64,000 nucleotides of DNA from an uncultured delta proteobacterium (GCA_963850465.1 CAWKLN010000001.1:64915-128914); one strand, 5' to 3'; positions 47,745 through 56,045 are shown, counted from the first letter of the stretch. The notes: generated by a model not told the origin, from the letters alone. Program-made: numbers and translations.

Positions 47745-48362
47745 TCACTCCTCCACCCCAACCATCCATATCGGGCTATCCAGCCCGATCGTGGCAAGTG
47801 TATTTTTGGCTATGTCGAACGATGCCATCCCACTGAAAGCGTTTTTTCTGTGAGAAAAGTACCCCGTAGGATCGACCAGCACTATCTCGATACCCAGTGC
47901 GAGTCTGTGCTCAGCGTAGGCTATCCGAAACCCGCAGAAGTCCTTGAACATGTCTTCCACCTTGCCGAACTGAGCTTCAACCTGAACGAGGTTGGTGCCG
48001 TATCGTTTTGCGTAGTCGCAGCGCCATCGGGTATCCAGGGTGCTGGATGTCAGGCACAGGTCACGCAGGTTCTTGTCCTTGATGATCTCCATGGATTGCA
48101 TGATGTCCAGTTCGAAAGGACATTCAGGATTGGTCTTGGCCGGTATGGTGTCGTAGCACCAGTCCTTGTGGGTGAAGAGCCAAAACAGGTCTTCATTGAT
48201 CAGGGACGGCGTCTTCCTCTTGGGTAGCATACGGATAATAGACGCGATCTCTCCGTGGAGGTCGGGGTGGATGGCGTTGATATACTCTGCGGAGCAATTG
48301 TAGTGGTAGGACCTAAGGTTCAAAGCCTTTTCCTCTCTAAATAACGAAACCCCGTCTCCCAT
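47745..48362 (-). CDS. BglII-family-like type II restriction endonuclease fold protein (no adjacent methyltransferase)
   Basis: CDYAKRYGTNLVQVEAQFGK gives a D...E-x-Q motif followed by FG. It is followed by LALGIEIV and SPIWMVGV, which parallel BglII IDFGKRDTLVEVQFSN / VAIIIT / IRLVGL as I recall them. The N-terminal HPDLHGEIASIIRMLP resembles NPQLWKEIEETLLKMP. Confidence 0.55.
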   Translation of the reverse strand: MGDGVSLFREEKALNLRSYHYNCSAEYINAIHPDLHGEIASIIRMLPKRKTPSLINEDLFWLFTHKDWCYDTIPAKTNPECPFELDIMQSMEIIKDKNLRDLCLTSSTLDTRWRCDYAKRYGTNLVQVEAQFGKVEDMFKDFCGFRIAYAEHRLALGIEIVLVDPTGYFSHRKNAFSGMASFDIAKNTLATIGLDSPIWMVGVEE

Positions 48363-48963
48363 GCGCGTATGACGGGGTTTCCAATAGCTGCATACCTACC
48401 TCTCCGAGTTAGGGTTTGAGCATATGTTCGGTATCTGATATCTCAAACCAGATCACAGAAACGATGTCAAGCGATCACAGGCTGTTAGGAATGATTACCA
48501 GATTGCTATGCCGTTTCCGGTTGGCTGTCTAAACCGTAAACGTGTTTGGCACTTAAACGGGCGCAACTATTTTGACCGGATTGGAGCATGCTAACAATAT
48601 CTATGATTAAGCGCCACCGGAGGCGGCGGTTAGCGCGTGGTATGCTATATGTAAGAGCAAGGGACGTACCAACAGAAAGAAAACGCTTACCGATGGCAAC
48701 GAAGCCCAGTGACGAGGAACGGGTCAGTTCTAAAGAGCTGCTCATGGCGGACCCAATCTATTTCGAGGTTCTCGTGTTGCTCCCTCATAGATAAGGGCAT
48801 CCTGACAAACGAGGCTCGTCTTAAGATCTTGCAACAGGATGAAGCCTCGGCTATCATCATCGCCAGATTGGCTCTGGAGTTTGAGAAAAACCATAAGCTG
48901 GGACGTATGAGGAGATAAAGAAGTCTCCATATGGAGGCTCCGGGAAGCCTCAGGGAGGTGGTT

Positions 48964-49482
48964 ATGAAGCCCTTTATGGAGGGTGTTAGGCGACGGTTTG
49001 CAATCCCAATCTTACTTCTTCTGCTATCCTTGATCCTCGCTACAAATGCTCTGTCCAATGACCTGCTCACAGCCCGTGTCGTCGGCGTAGCCGACGGGGA
49101 TAGCATCACCGTTCTCACGCCTACGAACAAGCAGATCTTGGTCAGATTCTACGGTATAGATTGCCCGGAGATCGAACAACCTTTCGGGATGAAAGCCAAG
49201 GCGTTCACATACGGTCTGTGCTTCGGCATGACTATTCAGTACCGAATTCTGGGCATCGATCGGTTCGATCGGACCATCGCTACGGTGTTCCTTGAGGACG
49301 GCAAGGAGCTTAATATTGAGATCCTCAAGGCTGGGTTCGCATGGCACTTTGAGCGGTATTTGAAGAGGCAGGATTATGCTGACGCTGAGGAGCAAGCCCG
49401 AAGGGCAGGGATCGGGCTTTGGGCTGTTCCGAATGCTACGCCGCCATGGGAATGGCGGCGGGATAGGCGGAAGAAGCCATAG
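48964..49482 (+). CDS. Secreted thermonuclease (staphylococcal nuclease/SNase-like)
   Basis: Signal peptide RRRFAIPILLLLLSLILATNA. Motifs VVGVADGDSITV, RFYGIDCPE..QPFG, DRFDRTIATV and GLW are typical of SNase homologues. GGGAGG RBS. Confidence 0.8.
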   Translation: MKPFMEGVRRRFAIPILLLLLSLILATNALSNDLLTARVVGVADGDSITVLTPTNKQILVRFYGIDCPEIEQPFGMKAKAFTYGLCFGMTIQYRILGIDRFDRTIATVFLEDGKELNIEILKAGFAWHFERYLKRQDYADAEEQARRAGIGLWAVPNATPPWEWRRDRRKKP

Positions 49483-49561
49483 ATGTCCCTAATCCCAAAA
49501 AATAAAAATACCTGACCAGGGCTGACCAGTTCATTATCGATACATAGCTGAGGAGGACATA

Positions 49562-49678
49562 GTGGGGACTATGTTAGTCAGCTTTCTCAAAAGCCTAAAT
49601 GCGTTTCCTGAAGCTAATTTTCCTGAAACAGGTTTAACCATGATTTCGGGTGTTGCCAGTAATGGTGGTACCCGGTAA
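49562..49678 (+). CDS. Candidate 38-aa peptide gene
   Basis: AGGAGG lies 5 nt upstream of GTG 49562. The product is MGTMLVSFLKSLNAFPEANFPETGLTMISGVASNGGTR. The stop is 12 nt before terminator T1. There is no homology evidence. Confidence 0.25.
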   Translation: MGTMLVSFLKSLNAFPEANFPETGLTMISGVASNGGTR

Positions 49679-49690
49679 CCTTCCTCATCT

Positions 49691-49717
49691 GGCGGGGGCG
49701 TTCAGCCCCCGCCTTTT
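49691..49717 (+). terminator. Intrinsic terminator T1
   Basis: ggcgggggc-gttca-gcccccgcc followed by tttt. Confidence 0.7.
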
Positions 49718-49870
49718 CCTTAAACCCAATCTGTGGCTGGATATACTGCACGATGATCCGATGGGAGATCTCGAATAAAAAAGTTGCATCGCTGTTTAGA
49801 GGTCTTATTGTGATTTTGAGAGATACCACCACCCTTGGTGTTGGTACGCCTGATTACTCTCATACCCCTT

Positions 49871-49898
49871 GGCGGGGCTTCCCAGCCCCGCCTTTTTT
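49871..49898 (+). terminator. Intrinsic terminator T2
   Basis: ggcggggc-ttccca-gccccgcc followed by tttttt. Confidence 0.75.
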
Positions 49899-50020
49899 CT
49901 TGCCAGTTCTGACAATATGCGGCACTTCTACTGACAAATCGTGTCAATCGCGCACAGGACATTTACTTCCTAAATTTCCATCTTTCTGTTATTCCGAAGG
50001 AAATCCGGCATGCGTATCAG

Positions 50021-50036
50021 TGGCACAGTGATTGCT
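50021..50036 (+). promoter_or_regulatory. Consensus sigma-54 (-24/-12) promoter
   Basis: TGGCACagtgaTTGCT matches TGGCAC-N5-TTGCW at every fixed position. It is intergenic. Confidence 0.55.
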
Positions 50037-50046
50037 TCTCTTTTCT

Positions 50047-50290
50047 ATCAAGTGGCAATCATGGGATCGGAAACAATTTTACGATGCCTGACGACCCTGA
50101 CCACTTTTGATGTTCTCGGTCCCTTGATTGCCGACTAACCTTTCCTTTCACCTCCTTAGCGCCGGGGGCAAGATAGCGGGATCTTGCCCCTTCCCAACTT
50201 GATCTGAATGAGCCTATGGACGGACGGTAGGCTGGGAAGATAGTTTGATACATTCTCAGAAGGGGCGGGACCGAATGGTCCCGCCTTTTT
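50047..50290 (+). ncRNA. Candidate sigma-54-dependent small RNA (predicted from promoter plus terminator only)
   Basis: The predicted start is ~12 nt after the -12 GC. Pyrimidine stretch cctttcctttcacctcctta (50139-58). A 10-bp hairpin at 50165-50190. Terminator T3 at the end. Confidence 0.3.
50264..50290 (+). terminator. Intrinsic terminator T3
   Basis: ggcgggacc-gaat-ggtcccgcc followed by ttttt. Confidence 0.75.
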
Positions 50291-50521
50291 CATTCTGTTC
50301 CCATCTCGCACACGCATCCCAAGAAAATGACGAAAAATACGTGTGCGGATCAGATGTAAGCCGGGACGAAAAATGTACTGAAGGGGAGTACGGGGGGTGC
50401 AGGTATGCCCCTCCGAAGGGGCTGAAATCTAATGTATTGCGACGTGAGGCGTTGCCGCGCCCTTGTTTTCTCGGCCCTTTTTGGATATGATTGCCCAAAT
50501 CATTGACCATGAAGAGCGTAG

Positions 50522-51131
50522 ATGAAGAACACACACCTCATTGCCTGCCACGAATGTGATTTAATTCATCAACTGGGAGAGGTTCCGCCCGGCGGCGCCG
50601 CGCGTTGCGCGCGCTGCGGGTCGTCCCTCTACCGGCCCAAACGCGACAGCATCAATCGCACCCTGGCGCTGACCCTGGCCGGCCTGATTCTCTATCATCA
50701 TTGCCAACACCCACCCCTTCCTGGGCTTCAAAATCGGCTCCCAGGTTCGGGAAACCACACTGGCGACCGGGATCTACCAGCTCTACCAGCAGGACATGGG
50801 GCCTATGGCCACATTGGTGCTGCTGACCGTTGTGGTCGTGCCGGCCGTTCATTTATTGAGCATGCTCTACATCCTGGTGCCGTTGCAAGCGGACCGGGTG
50901 CCCCGCTATCTGGCGCACGTGTTTCGCCTGACGATCTTCCTCAAGCCCTGGGGCATGATGGAGGTGTTCATGCTGGGGATTCTGGTGTCGGTGGTCAAGC
51001 TGGTGAAAATGGCCACCATTATTCCCGGGGTAGCCCTGTTTACCTTTCTGGCACTGATTTTTGTGCAGGCGGCCATGACCGTAACCTTGGATGACCATCT
51101 GATATGGCAACGCATCGACCATCACCAATGA
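50522..51131 (+). CDS. pqiA: PqiA-family membrane protein, first half-size gene; frameshift near 50688-50694
   Basis: IACHECDLIH...RCARCGSSLYRPKRDSINRTLALTLAGLIL continues as IIANTHPFLGFKIGSQVRETTLATGIYQLYQ in the frame of ORF 50796..51131. Confidence 0.7.
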
Positions 51132-51766
51132 CGCAACGACCCCTGACCGCCCGGCGGCTGGGGCTGGTGTCCTGCCATCGCTGCCATCTGTTGTGCCGGC
51201 CAGCGGAGGCGGGGCGAGCGGTCTGTCCCCGTTGCGGGGCATCGTTGCACAGCCGCAAGCCCAACAGCATTGCCCGGACCTGGGCCCTCGTCATGGCCGC
51301 CGCGGTTTTCTACATCCCGGCCAATCTGCTGCCCATCACCCACACGACCTCCCTGGGCGCTGTGCAGTCGGATACCATCATGAGTGGCGTGATCTATTTC
51401 ATCCATTCCGGCAGTTGGCCCATCGCGCTGGTGATTTTTGTGGCCAGTGTTTTCGTCCCGCTGCTCAAACTGCTGATTCTATGCTTTCTGCTGATATCGG
51501 TACAACGCCGCTGGCAGTGGCGTCCGGTGGATCGCACCCGCTTGTATGGCCTGACGGAAGCCATCGGGCGCTGGTCCATGCTCGATATCTACGTGGTCAC
51601 CATTCTGGTGGCGCTGGTCCAGCTGGGTGCGCTGGCCAATATCGCGGCCGGGCCCGGTGCCCTTTTCTTTGCCGCCGTGGTGGTGATCACCATGCTGGCG
51701 GCCGAAAGTTTTGACCCCCGACTGATCTGGGATGGTATGGAGGATTCTAATGACGGAACACACTGA
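51128..51766 (+). CDS. pqiA: PqiA-family membrane protein, second half-size gene
   Basis: VSCHRCHLL...CPRCGASLHSRKPNSIARTWALVMAAAVFYIPANLLPI. ATGA overlap with the upstream stop. Confidence 0.8.
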   Translation: MTQRPLTARRLGLVSCHRCHLLCRPAEAGRAVCPRCGASLHSRKPNSIARTWALVMAAAVFYIPANLLPITHTTSLGAVQSDTIMSGVIYFIHSGSWPIALVIFVASVFVPLLKLLILCFLLISVQRRWQWRPVDRTRLYGLTEAIGRWSMLDIYVVTILVALVQLGALANIAAGPGALFFAAVVVITMLAAESFDPRLIWDGMEDSNDGTH

Positions 51767-53433
51767 CGGCGCCTCTCTCGCTTCCGCGGCGGCTGTCCCG
51801 GAGATCAAGCAGAGCAGGTCATTTTCCATCGTGTGGATCGTGCCCGTGGTGGCCCTGCTGATCGGGGCCTGGCTGGTCTACAAGGCCGTCAGCGAGAAAG
51901 GCCCCACGATTACGATCACTTTCGAAATCGGCCGAGGGTCTGGAGGCCGGCAAGACCAAGTCAAATATAAGGATGTCGAACGTCGGCACGGTGACATCGA
52001 TTGATCTTGAATGACGAGTCTTGCCAATGTGAACGTGACGGTCGACATGGCACAAGGGATCGAAGCTTATCTGACGGAAAAAACCCAGTTCTGGGTGGTG
52101 CGGGCGCGGGTGGCGCGCCGGCCAGGTGACCGGGTTGGGAACCCTGTTTTCGGGGGCCTATATCGGCGTCGATACCCGGGACCGAGCGGCAAACCGCAGA
52201 AGCACTTTCAAGGGGCTCGAAAAACCGCCCATCGTGACCGGCGAAGATGCCCGGGCAAAGTATACAATCTTAGTGGCGCCACGTCTGGGATCCCTCAATC
52301 CTGGTTCACCGATTTATTTCCGGCAGATCGAGGTCGGACAGGTGGTGGACTATCAACTGGACGCCGGCCGGGGAGAACATGACGTGTCGAAATTTTCATC
52401 CAGGACGCCCTATCACCAGTTCGTGCGGCGCAATACCCGTTTCTGGGTGGCCAGCGGTCTGGATCTCGATCTGACCGCCAATGGTTTGCGGATCGACACC
52501 GAATCCGTGGTTTCTCTCTTGATCGGCGGCCTCGCCTTTGCCAATTTTGACAACGAGGACGCCGGGGCCGGAAGCCGAGGAAGGGACCCGCTTCAAGCTT
52601 TATGAAACTTACGAGGAACGCCCGTGACGACCGCTATACGGTCAAGAATGACTATATTATCGAATTTACGGATTCGGTGCGGGGCTTGACCGTGGGTGCA
52701 CCGGTGGAATTCCGGGGCATGCAGATCGGCACGGTCGTCGATTTCGGGCTGAAAGCCGATTTTGACAAGCTTGAACTTTACCATTCCGGTGCGCGTCCGA
52801 ATTGAACCCGAGCGACTGTACCTTGCCCGTTGTCAGTGATGAGCAACGGATAGATGAACATGCAGCGTATGGTTGAAAAGGGTTTCCGGGCGCAGCTTAG
52901 AACCGGCAATCTGCTGACCGGTCAATTGTTTGTCGATCTTGATTTCTTTCCCGATGCGCCACCGGTTGAGCCGAGCTTCAGAAACGGTCTGCCCGTGGTG
53001 CCCAGTTTACCGTCTTCTTCGCAGGAGATCATGCAGGGCGTGGCCCGGTTTGTGAAAAAACTGGACCAACTGCCGCTGGAGACGATCGGGAAGGATTTGC
53101 AAAACACGATGGCGGGCATGGATAGATTGGTGAACGGCCCGGATCTGCGCGATGCGGTCAAATCCCTGCGGGATATATTGGATGAACTTGAAAACGACGA
53201 CGCAAACACTGAATGCCGACACCGTTCCCCGGATCAATACGGCCTTGGCAGAGATGGCAACGGTTCTCAAAGACCTGGATGGTTGGGTTAGTGCGGATGC
53301 GCCCCTGCAGGGGGATCTGCGCAAAACCCTGGAGGAACTGGCGGCAGCCGGTCGGGCGATCAGCGACCTGGCCGATATGTTGGAGCGCCACCCGGAGGCA
53401 TTGATTCAGGGGAAAGGAAGTAAAGACCAATGA
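51750..53433 (+). pseudogene. pqiB: pqiB (MCE-domain intermembrane transport protein) disrupted by many frame changes
   Basis: PqiB-like sequence (TM IVWIVPVVALLIGAWLV, three MCE-like segments, C-terminal helix) can only be followed by hopping among ORFs 51732, 52011, 52126, 52602, 52854, 53152 and several shorter pieces. Confidence 0.75.
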
Positions 53434-54047
53434 TGAGTCCACGCATTTGCCGGATATTGATATCGGGATTGATGGTCTTGGGATTTTGTGCGGGCTGCTT
53501 TGGAACGACCCCACCGGCGGTCTTCTACAGCCTGACGCCCATCGAGGATACGGCAACGGTCCCGCGGCCTGCGGCCGAGAGTAAGATTGCCATCGGGATC
53601 GGGCCGATCAAGTTCCCCGATGAGCTCAATCGCGCCTCCATTGTAACCCGCAGCGGCCGGAATCGATTGGAGGTCAATCCATTTCATCGTTGGGGCGGCT
53701 CGCTGGAGAAAAATTTTACGCGGGTGATGGAAGAGAACCTGGCCTTGCTGGTGAAGACCGATCAGGTGATGACACGTCCCTGGGAACGCTATTTCCAGCC
53801 GGATGTCCGCATTGCCATGGATATCCGCCAGTTCGACGGCCGTTTGGGCGAGTATGCCTCCCTGAATGTCACCTGGATTATTGTCGGGCCGGAAGGAGAC
53901 ACACCGCTGCTCGTTCGCCGCACCATTATCCAGGAAGCCGCGACCGATGACAGTTACGATGCCCTCGTGGACGCCCAGAGCCGTGCCGTCGCCAAACTCT
54001 GTCGGGAAATTGCCGGGGCTTTGTCGGAACAACGGCCTGCTCAATAG
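53430..54047 (+). CDS. pqiC: PqiC/YmbA-like (ABC-type transport auxiliary) lipoprotein
   Basis: Lipobox VLGFCAGC, then FYSLTP... typical of DUF330. ATGA overlap with the pqiB stop. Confidence 0.75.
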   Translation: MMSPRICRILISGLMVLGFCAGCFGTTPPAVFYSLTPIEDTATVPRPAAESKIAIGIGPIKFPDELNRASIVTRSGRNRLEVNPFHRWGGSLEKNFTRVMEENLALLVKTDQVMTRPWERYFQPDVRIAMDIRQFDGRLGEYASLNVTWIIVGPEGDTPLLVRRTIIQEAATDDSYDALVDAQSRAVAKLCREIAGALSEQRPAQ

Positions 54048-54146
54048 GATTGTTGGCCCGTTTCCCCGCAGCGACGCCCCATACGATTGGTGAGCCGCCG
54101 CTGCTGACTTTTCTGATGTTTGTTTTGGATTCGCCAGATCGGTGCC

Positions 54147-54605
54147 TTATTGACGGAAAGGGTTGATACTGGTTCCGATGTCGGAGACCACCTTGCCGCT
54201 GACCATATTTTCTACCCAGAACTCATATTCCCGTCCTTTGGAACTTCCTCCCGTGTTCGGTCGGATGCGTGCCCGGTACTGCCGGTTGGCGACCAGCGTT
54301 GCTTGAATTTCGGTAAACGTTTTAACACTTGTGATGTGCTGGGGCACAAGAATCAACTTATAGGTGCCCGGCCTCAGAATGGCACGGGTGGTCTTCATCA
54401 GGCCGGATTCGGATTCGTGCTTGATGTTGACGACGTGGCCATTGATGGAATAGATTTTCACACCCACATCCGGCACCAGCAGGGCGGTTTCGGTCTCGGG
54501 CAATCTTGGCCCGGGGTACCCATAGTACGGTTGGGTGCAGCCGGCCAGCGTGCTGACCAGAAGAACAAAAAAGACCACCCACACGCCGTTCCATTTCCCT
54601 GTCAT
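54147..54605 (-). CDS. Hypothetical lipoprotein
   Basis: Signal peptide plus lipobox VLLVSTLAGC. No family recognised. Confidence 0.6.
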   Translation of the reverse strand: MTGKWNGVWVVFFVLLVSTLAGCTQPYYGYPGPRLPETETALLVPDVGVKIYSINGHVVNIKHESESGLMKTTRAILRPGTYKLILVPQHITSVKTFTEIQATLVANRQYRARIRPNTGGSSKGREYEFWVENMVSGKVVSDIGTSINPFRQ

Positions 54606-54847
54606 CGCGCCACTCCTTTTCCGAATCCAGCCGTTGTCGTATCGTGTTGCCTGCCATAGATCAGCTTGTCTTCACAAAACCAAAGACCAGGCATTCCTAA
54701 AGAAGGTTATTGCCGCTATTGGGTTCGGATCGGTCGCCCTATCCCGCCGGCATCGAGAAGACAGTTATTGCATTACTTTAAAACCTGTTTTATGTTTTGG
54801 TAATAATGTACAAGACTCATATTGCTTCATCAGCGAAGGAAAAACCC

Positions 54848-55444
54848 ATGAAGAAAAAAACGATACCGGTTGAATTCGATGAAATGCTCCTGCCGCGGCC
54901 GTCATCATCGGATCTGCGCGGCAAACAGTCCGTCCGGGCCACCTTTCGACTGACGGCCCGGGCCATCGACGCGATCAGTGTCGTCGCTGTGCACCTGGGG
55001 ATCAAGCAGAAGTCGCTCTTCGAGCATCTCATCGAAGATGCCCAGACCCTGTCGCATATTGCCCGCCAGGTTCAGGAAAATACTTTTCAGCCCCGGGAGC
55101 GCGTCCAGAAAACCTATGTCCTCAGCCGGCGCACCCTGAATATACTCCAGGACGCCTGCGATGCCTTCGATGCCCCGCGGGATGCCCTGGTGGAGTATTC
55201 CATCCTGCGGTTGATGCCGGTCATTGAGGAGGAACGCAAAAAACACCAACGTCGCAAGGCTGTTCTGACGAACGTAGCTCAGCATGTGCGTCAGGGTGAA
55301 GCGGTTCTGGCAAAAATCGAGGCTGCGCTGGGCGACGACGATCCGGTTTATCACGGCTACCGCCAGGCCTTGCGCAGTCTCCAGCAGGCCGAGCAGGAAA
55401 TTGCGGCCTATATCGAAAAGGGCAAAAGCATCGAAACCTATTGA
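54848..55444 (+). CDS. Hypothetical protein (198 aa, largely helical)
   Basis: GAAGGAAAAA lies upstream of ATG 54848. No family recognised. Confidence 0.5.
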   Translation: MKKKTIPVEFDEMLLPRPSSSDLRGKQSVRATFRLTARAIDAISVVAVHLGIKQKSLFEHLIEDAQTLSHIARQVQENTFQPRERVQKTYVLSRRTLNILQDACDAFDAPRDALVEYSILRLMPVIEEERKKHQRRKAVLTNVAQHVRQGEAVLAKIEAALGDDDPVYHGYRQALRSLQQAEQEIAAYIEKGKSIETY

Positions 55445-55582
55445 GGACGTCGTTGCGTCGATCCAAAGATGGGGCTGATAGGGTCCCTCCGGCGGCAAGC
55501 GGGTGCTGAAAATCCTGCCCGAATACCAGCTTTGAAGCAGGCATGATTTAACCATCCATAATCAAATTCAACGCGCACTGAC

Positions 55583-55612
55583 CCGGTACGGCAACCTGCG
55601 CTGCCGTACCGG
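55583..55612. terminator. Strong hairpin between convergent genes (possible bidirectional terminator)
   Basis: ccggtacggca-acctgcgc-tgccgtaccgg forms an 11-bp perfect stem. The U-tract is weak. Confidence 0.45.
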
Positions 55613-55802
55613 CATTTACGGTCATTATCCGGAGCGCGGTGTCGTAACGGATTTATCGCCTGACGTTTTTGACCGGGTGATGGCGGTGGCGCCCGGGCCC
55701 GGTCGGTTCAATTCCAAGGGTGGGGTAAGTCGTTGCTGCCGGAAGACATCGCCTGGAGCTGATTGCACGGGACAAAGAGGCGCGTGCTGGGGGCCAGGCT
55801 TT

Positions 55803-56045
55803 TCACGGCCTTTGGGTTTCGATAAAAAACTGCCATTCGCGAGGGGTGATTTCACCATTTTTATTATGATCGGCCTCCAGAAAAGCCTTGGCATCGCTGT
55901 CCGGGAAATGGGTGATAAATTCCTGCCATTCAATGAGGCCATCACGGTTGTGATCGACCTCGGCGAAAGGGGCGCTATGGCGGGGGAGGGAAGCACAGGC
56001 CATCAGCAGGACGGTTGTTATTGCGATCGGCAAGAATTTAGGCAT
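55803..56045 (-). CDS. Exported EF-hand calcium-binding protein
   Basis: Signal peptide/lipobox LLMAC. Two canonical 12-residue loops, DHNRDGLIEWQE and DHNKNGEITPRE. Confidence 0.75.
   Translation of the reverse strand: MPKFLPIAITTVLLMACASLPRHSAPFAEVDHNRDGLIEWQEFITHFPDSDAKAFLEADHNKNGEITPREWQFFIETQRP

Larger units (their letters stand above)
46687..50520. mobile_element. Putative degraded genomic islet inserted at tRNA-Leu (no recombinase present)
   Basis: Visible drop in G+C and coding density starting at the tRNA 3' end and ending before pqiA. It carries accessory-type nucleases. Confidence 0.45.

Noticed and set aside
49753-50031. 92-aa ORF in the islet
   Set aside because: It reads straight through intrinsic terminator T2, has no RBS, and its composition is implausible.
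50010-50138. 42-aa hydrophobic ORF (MRISGTVIASLFYQVAIMGSETILRCLTTLTTFDVLGPLIAD) as a possible type I toxin
   Set aside because: The consensus sigma-54 promoter lies inside it, so the predicted transcript would lack its start codon. It has only a weak GAAGGA upstream and no homology evidence. It is mentioned under the sRNA finding as an alternative.
46687-50520. Search for a direct repeat of the tRNA-Leu 3' end (att site) marking the far islet border
   Set aside because: I could not find ttcgattctcc / ccttcggcacca-like sequence by eye anywhere up to pqiA. The nearest look-alike (cttcgaccccgaaggcac, 47426) is part of the coding repeat. This needs a computational check before concluding absence.
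51750-53433. Programmed ribosomal frameshifting as an explanation for the pqiB frame changes
   Set aside because: There are far too many shifts in both directions, with no slippery heptamers or downstream structures. Decay or sequence error is the parsimonious reading.
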